Of a DNA stretch of 64,000 nucleotides, positions 1-8,352 are shown in pieces; positions within the stretch are counted from its first letter, which is position 1, and each line of letters begins with the position of its first letter. Below the pieces are notes generated by a model, which had not been told where the DNA came from, ran no database searches, and saw only the letters and a list, made by a program, of their open reading frames with translations. This DNA comes from an uncultured Acidobacteriota bacterium (lineage in GTDB: Bacteria > Acidobacteriota > Thermoanaerobaculia > Multivoradales > JAHEKO01), in the NCBI GenBank assembly GCA_963713825.1, contig CAVQNG010000004.1, positions 256,001 to 320,000 on the forward strand, in the 5' to 3' direction. A program made the translations under genes and the position numbers.

Positions 1-387
1 GATCAGGGCATCGACGGTCTGCAGACCATAGGCGTAGCCGGCGCACTGTTGGCGGATGTCGAGGGCCGGGAGCTTGCCGAGTCCGAGTCGCTCCTGGATC
101 AGGGTACCGGCGCCTGGAAAGTAATGATCGGGCGTCATCGTCGCACAGACGATGTAGTCGATCTCCTCGGCATCGATCCCTGAATCTGCTATAGCAGCTT
201 GTGCCGCCGCAGCCCCGAGGTCCGACGAGCTCACACCGGGCTCGACGTAGTAGCGGGTCTCGATACCACTACGCTCCCGGATCCACTCGTCTGTGGTGTC
301 CATGATGCGGGCCAGCATCGAATTGTCCACCCGGATGGACGGAACCTCTGTGCCGCATCCCAGCATTAGGGCTCGTGGCTGATTCAT
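1..387 (-). CDS. fabH: 3-oxoacyl-ACP synthase III (FabH family), 5' part; runs off the window start
   Basis: Manual translation from ATG at 387: MNQPRALMLGCGTEVP...MDTTDEWIRERSGIETRY...ATMTPD..FPG...ALDIRQQCAGYAYGL. These are the FabH N-terminal motifs and catalytic Cys. Not in the ORF track because it is truncated. Confidence 0.9.
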   Translation of the reverse strand, partial: MNQPRALMLGCGTEVPSIRVDNSMLARIMDTTDEWIRERSGIETRYYVEPGVSSSDLGAAAAQAAIADSGIDAEEIDYIVCATMTPDHYFPGAGTLIQERLGLGKLPALDIRQQCAGYAYGLQTVDALI

Positions 388-432
388 CGCTGGCTCCTTT
401 CTCCCCCGATCAGGCTACTAGGACACAACCTA

Positions 433-1050
433 TCAGTCGAAACCGCCGGGGGGGATCTGCGTCGGTCCCCTTCGGCGAATCGCGCCACGGTACTCGACAG
501 TCAGGTCACCTTGCTTGATGAACAGGTAGAAATTCTTGGGACGCTTGTCGTCGAGGCCAGCTTCGGCGCTCCCGGAATAGGTCCAGAGCTCCACATTCTG
601 ACTCCTGACCTGGGCTGACTGCTCGAATCGGGTATCGTCAGGGGGGCCGTAAAGCACATAGGTCGTACCGCGATCCGTTTGCCGGCCAAGATGGGTCCCT
701 TCGTCGTACAGCCGATCCGCCTCGGCCGAGCGCTCCTCGAAGAGTTGCCGCTTGCCCTTCTTCGGCCACACCGTGTCAGGCCCTCGCTGGGCCCAGAACT
801 CGTCGATGAATCGAGAGGCTGCCTCGTCGTTGGTCAGGGCCAGGTAGGCGGCGATCTCCTCCTGGGTCGCGATCCTGGAGATCGCCCCGACCAACCACTG
901 GGAATGCTCGGGCGACAGCAGGAAGTTGGTGACATCCTCCGGCCCCGGCGCCTTGCGCTTCTTCTTGGCGCTCGCCTCCGGTGCCGAGACAGCCCACAGG
1001 ACCACCAGGCACAGGCTAAGAGCGACGTAGGAGATCGAGGAATTCTTCAC
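433..1050 (-). CDS. GWxTD-domain secreted protein
   Basis: Signal peptide (…APEASA), FIDEFWAQR and GRQTDRGTTYVLYGPPD (GWxTD-like motif). Start overlaps the 3' end of folE by 35 bp. Confidence 0.8.
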   Translation of the reverse strand: MKNSSISYVALSLCLVVLWAVSAPEASAKKKRKAPGPEDVTNFLLSPEHSQWLVGAISRIATQEEIAAYLALTNDEAASRFIDEFWAQRGPDTVWPKKGKRQLFEERSAEADRLYDEGTHLGRQTDRGTTYVLYGPPDDTRFEQSAQVRSQNVELWTYSGSAEAGLDDKRPKNFYLFIKQGDLTVEYRGAIRRRGPTQIPPGGFD

Positions 1051-1651
1051 GGACGGGTCGTTGATGAAATGCGCCTCGAATGGCCGAGGTCACGGTCAGG
1101 GCACCGGGCTTCTTGACGCCACGCATCTCGACACACAGGTGTCGAGCTTCGATGACCACCATGGCGCCCAGGGGGTGGAGTTTCTCCTCCAGAAACCCCA
1201 CAACCTGCTCTGTCAATCGCTCCTGCAATTGAGGGCGCTTGGCGTAGAACTCCAGAATGCGGGCGAACTTCGACAAACCGATGATGCGATCGGCTGGAAT
1301 GTAGGCGATGTGGGCCTTCCCATAGAACGGCACCAGGTGGTGCGAACACATCGAATAGAACGGGATGTCCCGCTCCATGACCATGTGGGAGTACTCCTCC
1401 TCATTGGGAAAGGTCGTCACCGCGGGCTCGGCCCCTTCCTTGAGGCCATGGAACATCTCGTCGTACATCTTGGCGACGCGAACGTCGGTCTCCTGCAAAT
1501 TGTGATCCGTCATGTCGAGCCCCAACTCGACGAGAATGGCCCGCACGTGGGAAGCGATCCTCTGGATCTGCTCTGGGTCGGTCTCGACAGTCTTGTCCGC
1601 CGTCTTTGCGGCTTTGTCGCCATCGTGGGCGGGTTTCTGATCTCGATTCAT
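1016..1651 (-). CDS. folE: GTP cyclohydrolase I
   Basis: SMCSHHLVPFYGKAHIAY, IIGLSKFAR, RPQLQERLT and EARHLCVEMRGVKK motifs. Confidence 0.97.
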   Translation of the reverse strand: MNRDQKPAHDGDKAAKTADKTVETDPEQIQRIASHVRAILVELGLDMTDHNLQETDVRVAKMYDEMFHGLKEGAEPAVTTFPNEEEYSHMVMERDIPFYSMCSHHLVPFYGKAHIAYIPADRIIGLSKFARILEFYAKRPQLQERLTEQVVGFLEEKLHPLGAMVVIEARHLCVEMRGVKKPGALTVTSAIRGAFHQRPVREEFLDLLRRS

Positions 1652-1766
1652 TGCATCATTCTCCGAGGAATCAAGGTCTCCGCTTGGGGAGCCTTGCCAC
1701 TGAACGGTTGATTCTATCCCACCCCCTCGGTCGCACCCTCGACCAGTCGGAGACCCGCCTGTCGTC

Positions 1767-1785
1767 TATAATCCGCTGGCGGAGA
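1767..1785 (+). promoter_or_regulatory. Putative -10 box (TATAAT 1767-1772) and RBS (GGAGA 1781-1785) of the selenoprotein gene
   Basis: Perfect TATAAT in a GC-rich background, 20 nt upstream of ATG 1792, in the region divergent from folE. Confidence 0.55.
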
Positions 1786-1791
1786 GAAAAA

Positions 1792-2025
1792 ATGCCCGAT
1801 TTGACGATCGAATACTGCGTCGTTTGAAACTACTACCCCCGTGCCGCCGGTCTGGCGGACGAGATCAAGAGTCTCTACGGTGTCAGCCCAGAGCTGATCA
1901 AGGGACGAGACGGCGTGTTCGAAGTTCGGCTCGAAGACGAGACGATCTACTCGAAACGAGCCACCGGGAGATTTCCCACACCGGGTGAGGTCGAAGGCCT
2001 GCTCGAAGGCAAGCTCGAGTCCTAA
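1792..2025 (+). CDS. SelW/SelT/SelH (Rdx family) selenoprotein with CxxU motif
   Basis: MPDLTIEYCVV-UGA(1825-1827)-NYYPRAAGLADEIKSLYGVSPELIKGRDGVFEVRLEDETIYSKRATGRFPTPGEVEGLLEGKLES*. Rdx motifs (IEYCxxU, GxFEV, YSK, GRFP) continue in frame past the UGA. Confidence 0.9.
1841..1860 (+). promoter_or_regulatory. Bacterial SECIS-like hairpin
   Basis: GU(G)CCGCC-GGUCU-GGCGGAC stem-loop starting 13 nt after the UGA. The GGUCU apex resembles the E. coli fdhF SECIS. Confidence 0.75.
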
Positions 2026-3272
2026 GCACCTTCCCGCAGCACCAACTGCGCGACGACTTCCATGTGTCCGGTCTGTGGAAACAGATCCAGCAGCACCAGT
2101 TCCTCGATCGCGTACAGTGTACCGAGCTCCCGCAGGTCCCGAGCCAAAGTTCCTGCGTGGCACGAAACATAGGTCAGACGGAGGGGAGGTTTGCTGTGAA
2201 GCGCGGCCCTGACCGGCTTGGAGAGTCCGCTGCGCGGCGGATCGACAATGACCCTCTCGGCCTTCTCCGGTAGCTCCCCGATCCAACCTTCGACGGCTCG
2301 CGACACCACTTCGAGCTGCTTGAAGCGATGCTCCCGAGCGTTGCGGCGGGCAAATCGTGCCGCCACCCTGTCTCCTTCTACCGCGGTCACCCGCTGGTAG
2401 TGGCGGGCGAGCGGCAGGCTGAAGAAACCGACACCAGCGTAGAGATCGAACGCTTCTTCTCCACTCCAGCTTCCAACCGCGGCTTCGACCAGCGTCGGTA
2501 GCAGCTGCCGGTGGGCCTGGAAGAAGCAGCGCGCATCGAGCCAGTAGTCGAGGTCGCCGACCTGCAACTTGACCTCGCCATGCGGCAGGCCGGGTACCAC
2601 AGGAGCCGAGCTCAGCGCCTCGTCTTCCCCTACGAGAAGATCCAGACGGCGGGGGCCTTCTTCGCTCAAGTAGGCCGTCACGGGGCGCAAGAGCCCCTCC
2701 AACTCGGGGACCAGCACGGGGCAGCTGTCCACGGCGACGACTTCCGTGCTGCGCCGCGAGTGGTAGCCGATCACCATCGCCCCTTCCCTCGATGCAGTGT
2801 GCAGTTGGGTGCGAATGCGATAGCCCCACGGTTGACCGGCTACGGTCCTGATGGGGATCTCGTCACTCAGGCCGCCGATCCGGCGCAGGGTCTCCTCCAC
2901 CGCCGCAGCCTTGAGCTCGGCCTGAATGTCGTCCTCCAGATGCTGCAGATCACAGCCGCCGCAGCTCCCGAAGAAAGGACATGGCGGCTCGCGCCGTCCC
3001 GGGCCGGCCTGCAGAATCTCCACGATCTCGGCCCTTCCATAGTCGGGCCGCCGATCCACCAACCGAACTCGAAGTCGATCCCCGGGTGCGGAACGGGGAA
3101 TGAAGAGTGGGATGCCTTCGAAGCGGGCCAGCCCATCGCCCCCAGCTACCAGCTTCTCGACTTCGACTTCGACCTCGTCCAACTTGGCGAGCCGGGCCGC
3201 CGCCTGACCCCTGAGAGAGTCACGACGACCGGCAGGGGTGGGGCCATTCGGGTGTTTGGTTCGTTCGGGCAT
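2022..3272 (-). CDS. TRAM-domain RNA (uracil-5)-methyltransferase, TrmA/RlmD family
   Basis: TRAM N-terminus, [4Fe-4S] motif CPFFGSCGGC, DLYAGVG, VDPPRSG, catalytic YVSC and DLFPQTGHME. ATG 3272 preferred over the ORF-track start at 3284. Confidence 0.9.
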   Translation of the reverse strand: MPERTKHPNGPTPAGRRDSLRGQAAARLAKLDEVEVEVEKLVAGGDGLARFEGIPLFIPRSAPGDRLRVRLVDRRPDYGRAEIVEILQAGPGRREPPCPFFGSCGGCDLQHLEDDIQAELKAAAVEETLRRIGGLSDEIPIRTVAGQPWGYRIRTQLHTASREGAMVIGYHSRRSTEVVAVDSCPVLVPELEGLLRPVTAYLSEEGPRRLDLLVGEDEALSSAPVVPGLPHGEVKLQVGDLDYWLDARCFFQAHRQLLPTLVEAAVGSWSGEEAFDLYAGVGFFSLPLARHYQRVTAVEGDRVAARFARRNAREHRFKQLEVVSRAVEGWIGELPEKAERVIVDPPRSGLSKPVRAALHSKPPLRLTYVSCHAGTLARDLRELGTLYAIEELVLLDLFPQTGHMEVVAQLVLREGA

Positions 3273-3309
3273 GAGAGTCGTCAAGCCGCTCGAATGAGCG
3301 CAGTTTAGG

Positions 3310-4131
3310 TCAATCCATTAGCAGATGGATACGAGCCGACACTTCACCGAGTTGTCGCTCGACCGCGGCTTGAATCTCCTTCCTTTCGTAACGCCGGCTC
3401 GCATGGTGGAGGACCAGGTCCTGGTTGTGGAACCGGCTCGCTCTGTCGACGAGATCGGACAGATGAAGGTGCTTGAATTGTCGGCCGCGATCGCGGCCGG
3501 CGTCGTCGAAGAAGGTGCATTCGAGCAGCAGCACCGTCGCCTCGAACAGCCGCGGCTCGAGATCGAAGACGCCGGCACCCGTATCGCCACAATAGGTCAC
3601 CCAGAGCTCCTGGGTCCGATCCTCGATCTCCGTCCCACCCTTTCTGAGGATCGCGAGGTCCGCAGCTGCCAGGCCACGATACTGGCCCTTGAGGTGTCTT
3701 CGATCGCGCCGCAGGTGGTAGCCCAGGCTCGGAACCGTGTGATCGGTCGCGAAGGCCTCGACGCTCAAGTCGCGACCCACCTTCACCTCGTCTCCGGGCT
3801 CGAGGCCTTGCAACTCGTAGTGATAGCTGACTTGCTCGATGCTCTCGGCCGCTGCGATCAGCCGCTGGAGACCCGCCGCGGTTTCGATCGGGCAAAAGAC
3901 CCGCGTCGAGCTCTCTGCCTGCATTGCCCGCAACGAGAGGACGAACGGTAGACCGAGAGCGTGATCGAGGTGGCCGTGGGTCAGGAAGATCTCGTCGGCC
4001 CCAGCCAGGGCCAGCGACCCCCTCCCGACGTCGAAGGCGAGCCCAGGCGGATGCACCCGGAACCAACTCGCATCGCCAGCTCGCGAGGAGCCCTCGATTC
4101 GCAGATTCTGAAACTGAAGACTGACGCTCAT
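3310..4131 (-). CDS. Metallo-beta-lactamase-fold hydrolase, RNase Z-like
   Basis: THGHLDH, HTVPSLGY, YCGDT, LLECTF and HHASRRY motifs. Confidence 0.8.
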   Translation of the reverse strand: MSVSLQFQNLRIEGSSRAGDASWFRVHPPGLAFDVGRGSLALAGADEIFLTHGHLDHALGLPFVLSLRAMQAESSTRVFCPIETAAGLQRLIAAAESIEQVSYHYELQGLEPGDEVKVGRDLSVEAFATDHTVPSLGYHLRRDRRHLKGQYRGLAAADLAILRKGGTEIEDRTQELWVTYCGDTGAGVFDLEPRLFEATVLLLECTFFDDAGRDRGRQFKHLHLSDLVDRASRFHNQDLVLHHASRRYERKEIQAAVERQLGEVSARIHLLMD

Positions 4132-4203
4132 GCCCAGAGAACCTCGCCGCCGGATCCCGGAGATCCCCGGGGAGATGGGCGCCTTCCCCATCGGTCGATC
4201 GAA

Positions 4204-5268
4204 CTAGATTTCCTGATACACCCAGCGGCGCAGCGGCTCCAACCGCTCGGCGACGGAATCCCAGCTGGGATCCATCATCCAGAGAGTCGCGGCCACCGAC
4301 GAAAGGAGCGAATTACCGTCCTGGGGTGTGAAACAGAATCCGTAGAGTTCTCTGTTGTCCCGGACCACCAGGGTCGGTAGCACGACAACCGCCTGAGAGA
4401 GGATGCGGCCGTAGTAGCCGTGGTCACGCCCGAAGCTGAAAATGAGATTCGCCTCCCGCTTGGCCGTCGTTGCCACGCGGTGGTTGTTTTGAAATCTCTC
4501 GACTGCCTCTGCCAGGTCCATGTCCCGCGTCAACCGAATCTGGAACCACATGGAGTGCATGTACTGGGTGTTCAGCTTGACGGCGCTCGAAAACAGATTG
4601 AGTTCCAGATCCATGGTCTGGAACACGCCGAAGGCATCGCGCGCATGGTGGGTACCGAACTGGGCATCGTCGTGCTTGCCGACACTCGGCGCCGGAACGA
4701 ACTTCTCCACCTGGGTGACATCGTTGGCGCGGCGCATGCAAACGAAATTGGCACGATCCAGGCAGAACCCCGCGTCACCGTCATCGCAGACGGTCTTGAC
4801 CAGTGTGGTGATGTTGTGGGTGTTGCAGGAGACGATCTGGACGAACTTGTCCTCGCCTGCCACCAGCGACTCTTCGTTGATGCCGCGGGCGAAGGGCTTG
4901 CCGAAACCGAACTCACTCCCTTGCGCCAGGTAGCCCTTCGGCCCTTTCAGCTTGGTGTAAAAGTCCTCCTTGTTCTGGTTGCCTGCCGGTGTACAGTCGA
5001 CAACCACGGTGGCCCTCTCCAGGGCCTCTTCGGAGGTGTAGCTGACAGTATGACCCATGTTCTCGTACGAATTCACCCGATCCGGATCGGTCGCCAGCTT
5101 GGCTCCGCGCGCCATCAGATGGCCGATGCGGGCTTTGTCCGACTCCAAAGGAGTCCGCTTGTGGAAGGTCACTTCATCGATACCCATCCGATCGCTAAAG
5201 TCGGTAAAAAGGCCGATGAGTGGCTCACCGATCGTGCCGGTTCCGACAACATGAACGACTTGTTTCAT
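4204..5268 (-). CDS. Archaeal-type (class II) glyceraldehyde-3-phosphate dehydrogenase-like protein
   Basis: GTGTIG, VVDCTP, AQGSE, catalytic IVSCNT, MRRAND, THHARD and VKLNTQYMH occur in the same order as the class II GAPDH motifs. Confidence 0.75.
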   Translation of the reverse strand: MKQVVHVVGTGTIGEPLIGLFTDFSDRMGIDEVTFHKRTPLESDKARIGHLMARGAKLATDPDRVNSYENMGHTVSYTSEEALERATVVVDCTPAGNQNKEDFYTKLKGPKGYLAQGSEFGFGKPFARGINEESLVAGEDKFVQIVSCNTHNITTLVKTVCDDGDAGFCLDRANFVCMRRANDVTQVEKFVPAPSVGKHDDAQFGTHHARDAFGVFQTMDLELNLFSSAVKLNTQYMHSMWFQIRLTRDMDLAEAVERFQNNHRVATTAKREANLIFSFGRDHGYYGRILSQAVVVLPTLVVRDNRELYGFCFTPQDGNSLLSSVAATLWMMDPSWDSVAERLEPLRRWVYQEI

Positions 5269-5399
5269 GGCTCCCTCGCTCTTGTTTTCAGGCGGTTGTT
5301 TGCAATGGAATCACCCACTGCGGGCTAGCTCTCAAGTCCACGACAGGGTAACACAACCTCACGGACCCTAAGAAGCGAATACTGCTATGCAAATGCGGC

Positions 5400-5621
5400 T
5401 CATTCCTCTCCGTGGCGCCACTCCGGATCACGCTTTGCGAACTCGTCGAGATCCCGTGGAACCTCGACCAGCGTTCGCGTCACGCTCGGCTCACACGAGT
5501 CGTTCTCGCACTCGTAGGTGTAGACGTTCCGCTCCTCACCGGGTTGGAAACCGAGGAGGGTTTGATAGGTTTGGCACTGACCACACTTGATCGAGATATT
5601 TCGGATATTGATCCTATTCAT
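5400..5621 (-). CDS. Small Cys-containing (zinc-ribbon-like) hypothetical protein, 73 aa
   Basis: MNRINIRNISIKCGQCQTYQ...YECENDSCEP. Fits between the flanking genes when started at ATG 5621. Confidence 0.65.
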   Translation of the reverse strand: MNRINIRNISIKCGQCQTYQTLLGFQPGEERNVYTYECENDSCEPSVTRTLVEVPRDLDEFAKRDPEWRHGEE

Positions 5622-5673
5622 AAGGAATTCTTCTGCCCCTAACGGGTGAGGCCAGCACAACCTCACGGTCCAT

Positions 5674-6681
5674 ATGAGAATCTCTTGCGGCACCCTCGAG
5701 GTTACCAGACGGCTGTCTGTCTCCTGTCGATGGTCGGCGTGGCTGACGGTGGTCGCCCTGAGCCTGACCACGGTCCTCGCTCAGGACACTCCCAACCCCG
5801 GAGGTGGGTTTCAAGAGGAGGTCTCGGTAGGTTATGTCCTGGTGCCGATCGTGGCGCGCCTGGCCAAAGGCGGCTACGCCACCGACTTGAAACCCGAGGA
5901 CTTTCGCCTTCTGGTCAACGGTCAGGTCGTCGATTTCGAGAGCTTCGAGCAGGGAGACCGAGCACCGGTCAGTGTCATGTTTCTGCAGGATCTCTCTGGC
6001 AGCATGGCCAATAGCAACAAGATCACTCTGAGCCGTACGGTCCTGGACCGCCTGGTCATGCAGAGTCGTCCGGGCGACAACTGGGGTTTGACTTCGTTCG
6101 CCAGCAACCGCGTGACGGTCGATGTACCGTTCACGGACGACATCGGGCAGTTGCGCGGGTCGGCAGACACATGGCACCCGTACGGCACCACGGCCCTGCA
6201 CGACGCCGTTGCCTGGCTACCAGACCTCACCGCTCACGTGCTCAGTGCTCGACGAGCCGCAATCGTCATCACCGACGGCGTCGACAATGCGAGCCAGATC
6301 GACCCCTACGCCGCGCGCGAGAAGGTGCGACAGGCGGAGCTTCCGGTCTACGTCCTGGGGTTGTCGACCGGCGACATCGAGTCCCTGGACCGCGACGGGG
6401 GGAAGGTCTATCGCTATGCCGACGTGCTGAATCTGCTGTCGCACATGACGGGCGGTCAGTACTTCCCCGTCATCAGCCAGAGCGACGCGATGCTGGCCTG
6501 CAACGAGATCCTGAGCGAGATCCGCAATCAGTACGTCATCGGCTTCCCAACGAGCGCCCTCGGAACGCCCACCTACCACCAGATCGAGGTGCAGGCACGC
6601 AACAAGAAGAAGCTCAAGCTCACCTTCCGCCAGGGCTATTCCGGCACGCTGCCGAAGGCCCTCGTCCCGTCAGGTCAATGA
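5674..6681 (+). CDS. VWA-domain protein (acidobacterial VWFA type), secreted
   Basis: Signal peptide, DLKPEDFRL, MIDAS motif DLSGSM, GTTALHDA, VITDGVDNAS, TGG and QYVIGF. Confidence 0.88.
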   Translation: MRISCGTLEVTRRLSVSCRWSAWLTVVALSLTTVLAQDTPNPGGGFQEEVSVGYVLVPIVARLAKGGYATDLKPEDFRLLVNGQVVDFESFEQGDRAPVSVMFLQDLSGSMANSNKITLSRTVLDRLVMQSRPGDNWGLTSFASNRVTVDVPFTDDIGQLRGSADTWHPYGTTALHDAVAWLPDLTAHVLSARRAAIVITDGVDNASQIDPYAAREKVRQAELPVYVLGLSTGDIESLDRDGGKVYRYADVLNLLSHMTGGQYFPVISQSDAMLACNEILSEIRNQYVIGFPTSALGTPTYHQIEVQARNKKKLKLTFRQGYSGTLPKALVPSGQ

Positions 6682-6741
6682 GATCTCAGGGACGAGCGAT
6701 CGCTGACTCCAGGGAGATTTGGAACACTAGGAGCAGAACCT

Positions 6742-7023
6742 ATGCAACTTCTCGCGAATCTCCTCGTCCAGAAGCCAATCAACATACTCGTCGTAGCGGC
6801 GGTCTTTGCCGCCGCCTACCTGGTTCTTCGATTCACATCGCTGGGCGCTGGAAAACACCCTTCCGCACTGCTCGTTCCTATAGTGGGCTGGGCACTCTAT
6901 GCTGCGTGGGAATGCCTGGTCCTCTCAAGGACGCCCGAAGCGAACATCCGGGTCGACCTTCTCGTGATCTGGCCGGTGCTGCTCGTCCTTTCGGTGGTGT
7001 CCAGCATCCGGGCCTGGCGCTGA
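6742..7023 (+). CDS. Small membrane protein (3 predicted TM helices)
   Basis: Hydrophobic 93-aa ORF with an AGGAG RBS and a NIRVDLLVIWP segment. Confidence 0.65.
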   Translation: MQLLANLLVQKPINILVVAAVFAAAYLVLRFTSLGAGKHPSALLVPIVGWALYAAWECLVLSRTPEANIRVDLLVIWPVLLVLSVVSSIRAWR

Positions 7024-7077
7024 GCGGACGAGCACGACTCAACCGATTCCGCATCTTGGAGACCCGGCACCTACGGC

Positions 7078-7851
7078 TCAGTAGGGGTTGTCGCCGAGGA
7101 ACACCACGTCGGGAATCTCGAAGCGCTCCTCGCCAATGCGAACCTGAAACAAGTCGGATTCCTTGCCGACGGCCATCTCCACTCCCCCGTCCGCCTCGCT
7201 GCTGTCAAACGACATCGGCGTGCCGTCTTCGTAGAAAATGACTCGCTTGCCGCCCTCCGGCCACGAAACCTCGAGGGTGCCAGAGCCCTGGCCTTCACGA
7301 ATGACACCGAACTCGCACTGGCCCATCGGCTGACCCGCCGCGCGGGCACACGGGATCGAGCCGGTGGCGTGGTACTTGGTGCCAGGCACCATGGCGTCGC
7401 CCACCGCTCCCGACGAGGCGCCAGCCGATTCTGGCGATGTGATCTCGATCTGGAGCGTGTAGCTGGCCGTTTCATTACGCCGGGCGGCACTGCGCATCTG
7501 GTAGACGCGGATTGTGTAGTCGCCACTGTCTGGGAGGCTGCCGACAAACGAGTTCTCGCCCATCGACCCATTGAAGAAGGCGACCTCGGTCTCTCCGGGG
7601 GCCATCAGGTTGAAGTAGTTGGCACCGCTGTCGGTCGTCATGGTGACGACCATCCTCTGGCCCGACTGCGCGCCGAGCTTGTAGTCGACGATCTCGTAGC
7701 CGCTGATGCTCCCTTCGATAGACGTCCCGGTGGAACCGGCGGCGAATTGGACACGTTCCGTGCGGATATCGCTTGCTTGAGCGAAAGCCACGGACCCGAG
7801 AAGGAGCGCTGTAGCAAAGGCTATGGCTGGGCTGAATTTTCCTGTAGGCAT
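7078..7851 (-). CDS. Secreted two-domain beta-rich hypothetical protein (PPC-like N-terminal domain)
   Basis: Signal peptide from ATG 7851 (…SVAFAQA), RTERVQFAAG…LPDSGDYTIRVY, an S/A/G linker, then a C-terminal domain with two Cys. Confidence 0.7.
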   Translation of the reverse strand: MPTGKFSPAIAFATALLLGSVAFAQASDIRTERVQFAAGSTGTSIEGSISGYEIVDYKLGAQSGQRMVVTMTTDSGANYFNLMAPGETEVAFFNGSMGENSFVGSLPDSGDYTIRVYQMRSAARRNETASYTLQIEITSPESAGASSGAVGDAMVPGTKYHATGSIPCARAAGQPMGQCEFGVIREGQGSGTLEVSWPEGGKRVIFYEDGTPMSFDSSEADGGVEMAVGKESDLFQVRIGEERFEIPDVVFLGDNPY

Positions 7852-7864
7852 GAAATCTATCCTT

Positions 7865-7906
7865 TCTATTCGGCGGCCTGGACACTCTATTCGACGGCCT
7901 GGACAC
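7865..7906. repeat. Two tandem 21-bp direct repeats
   Basis: TCTATTCGGCGGCCTGGACAC followed by TCTATTCGACGGCCTGGACAC (one mismatch). Confidence 0.9.
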
Positions 7907-8352
7907 GGTTGCACTGAGCTGGTCAAATCCATCGCACTGCAACCCATCGGGCGCCAGGCGCCGATTCTTGGAGCGCGACTATAGCGCTGCGCTCGATTGC
8001 CTCGCAAGTAGCGCCGAAGTTCTGACAAGGAGGCGGTCCATACGGGTAGTCCGCCAAGGGCGATTAGCCACACGCAGCAGAACACGTCCTCAGATCAGTT
8101 CCACAGGGAAGTACGGAGCTCTCGATGATCGACGGCCAATGCTGCCGCGCTACGACGAGGAAGCGCGTTATGATCGGCACCGCCAATCGAGGAATCCTCT
8201 CACTCGGAAGGCTGATCGGGAAAGAGGTACGGGCTTGTGTGACCCGTTCGCAATCGAGTCGAGGTGAGGGGACCCAGTTCAACCTATCCTGTCGTCAACC
8301 GGAGAGGCAGCCATTGATGGCAGCAGGGCCCCGTCAAGGCAGGCCGGATCGC

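Noticed and set aside
1016-1651. Link between folE and the QueC-like SGGKDS domain (7-deazaguanine pathway)
   Set aside because: folE is over 20 kb away among housekeeping genes, no queD or queE is present, and the insert is better explained as AlbIV/CysH-like.
1606-1827. 73-aa ORF ending …IEYCVV
   Set aside because: Artefact: its last codons are the start of the selenoprotein, and the 'stop' is the probable Sec codon.
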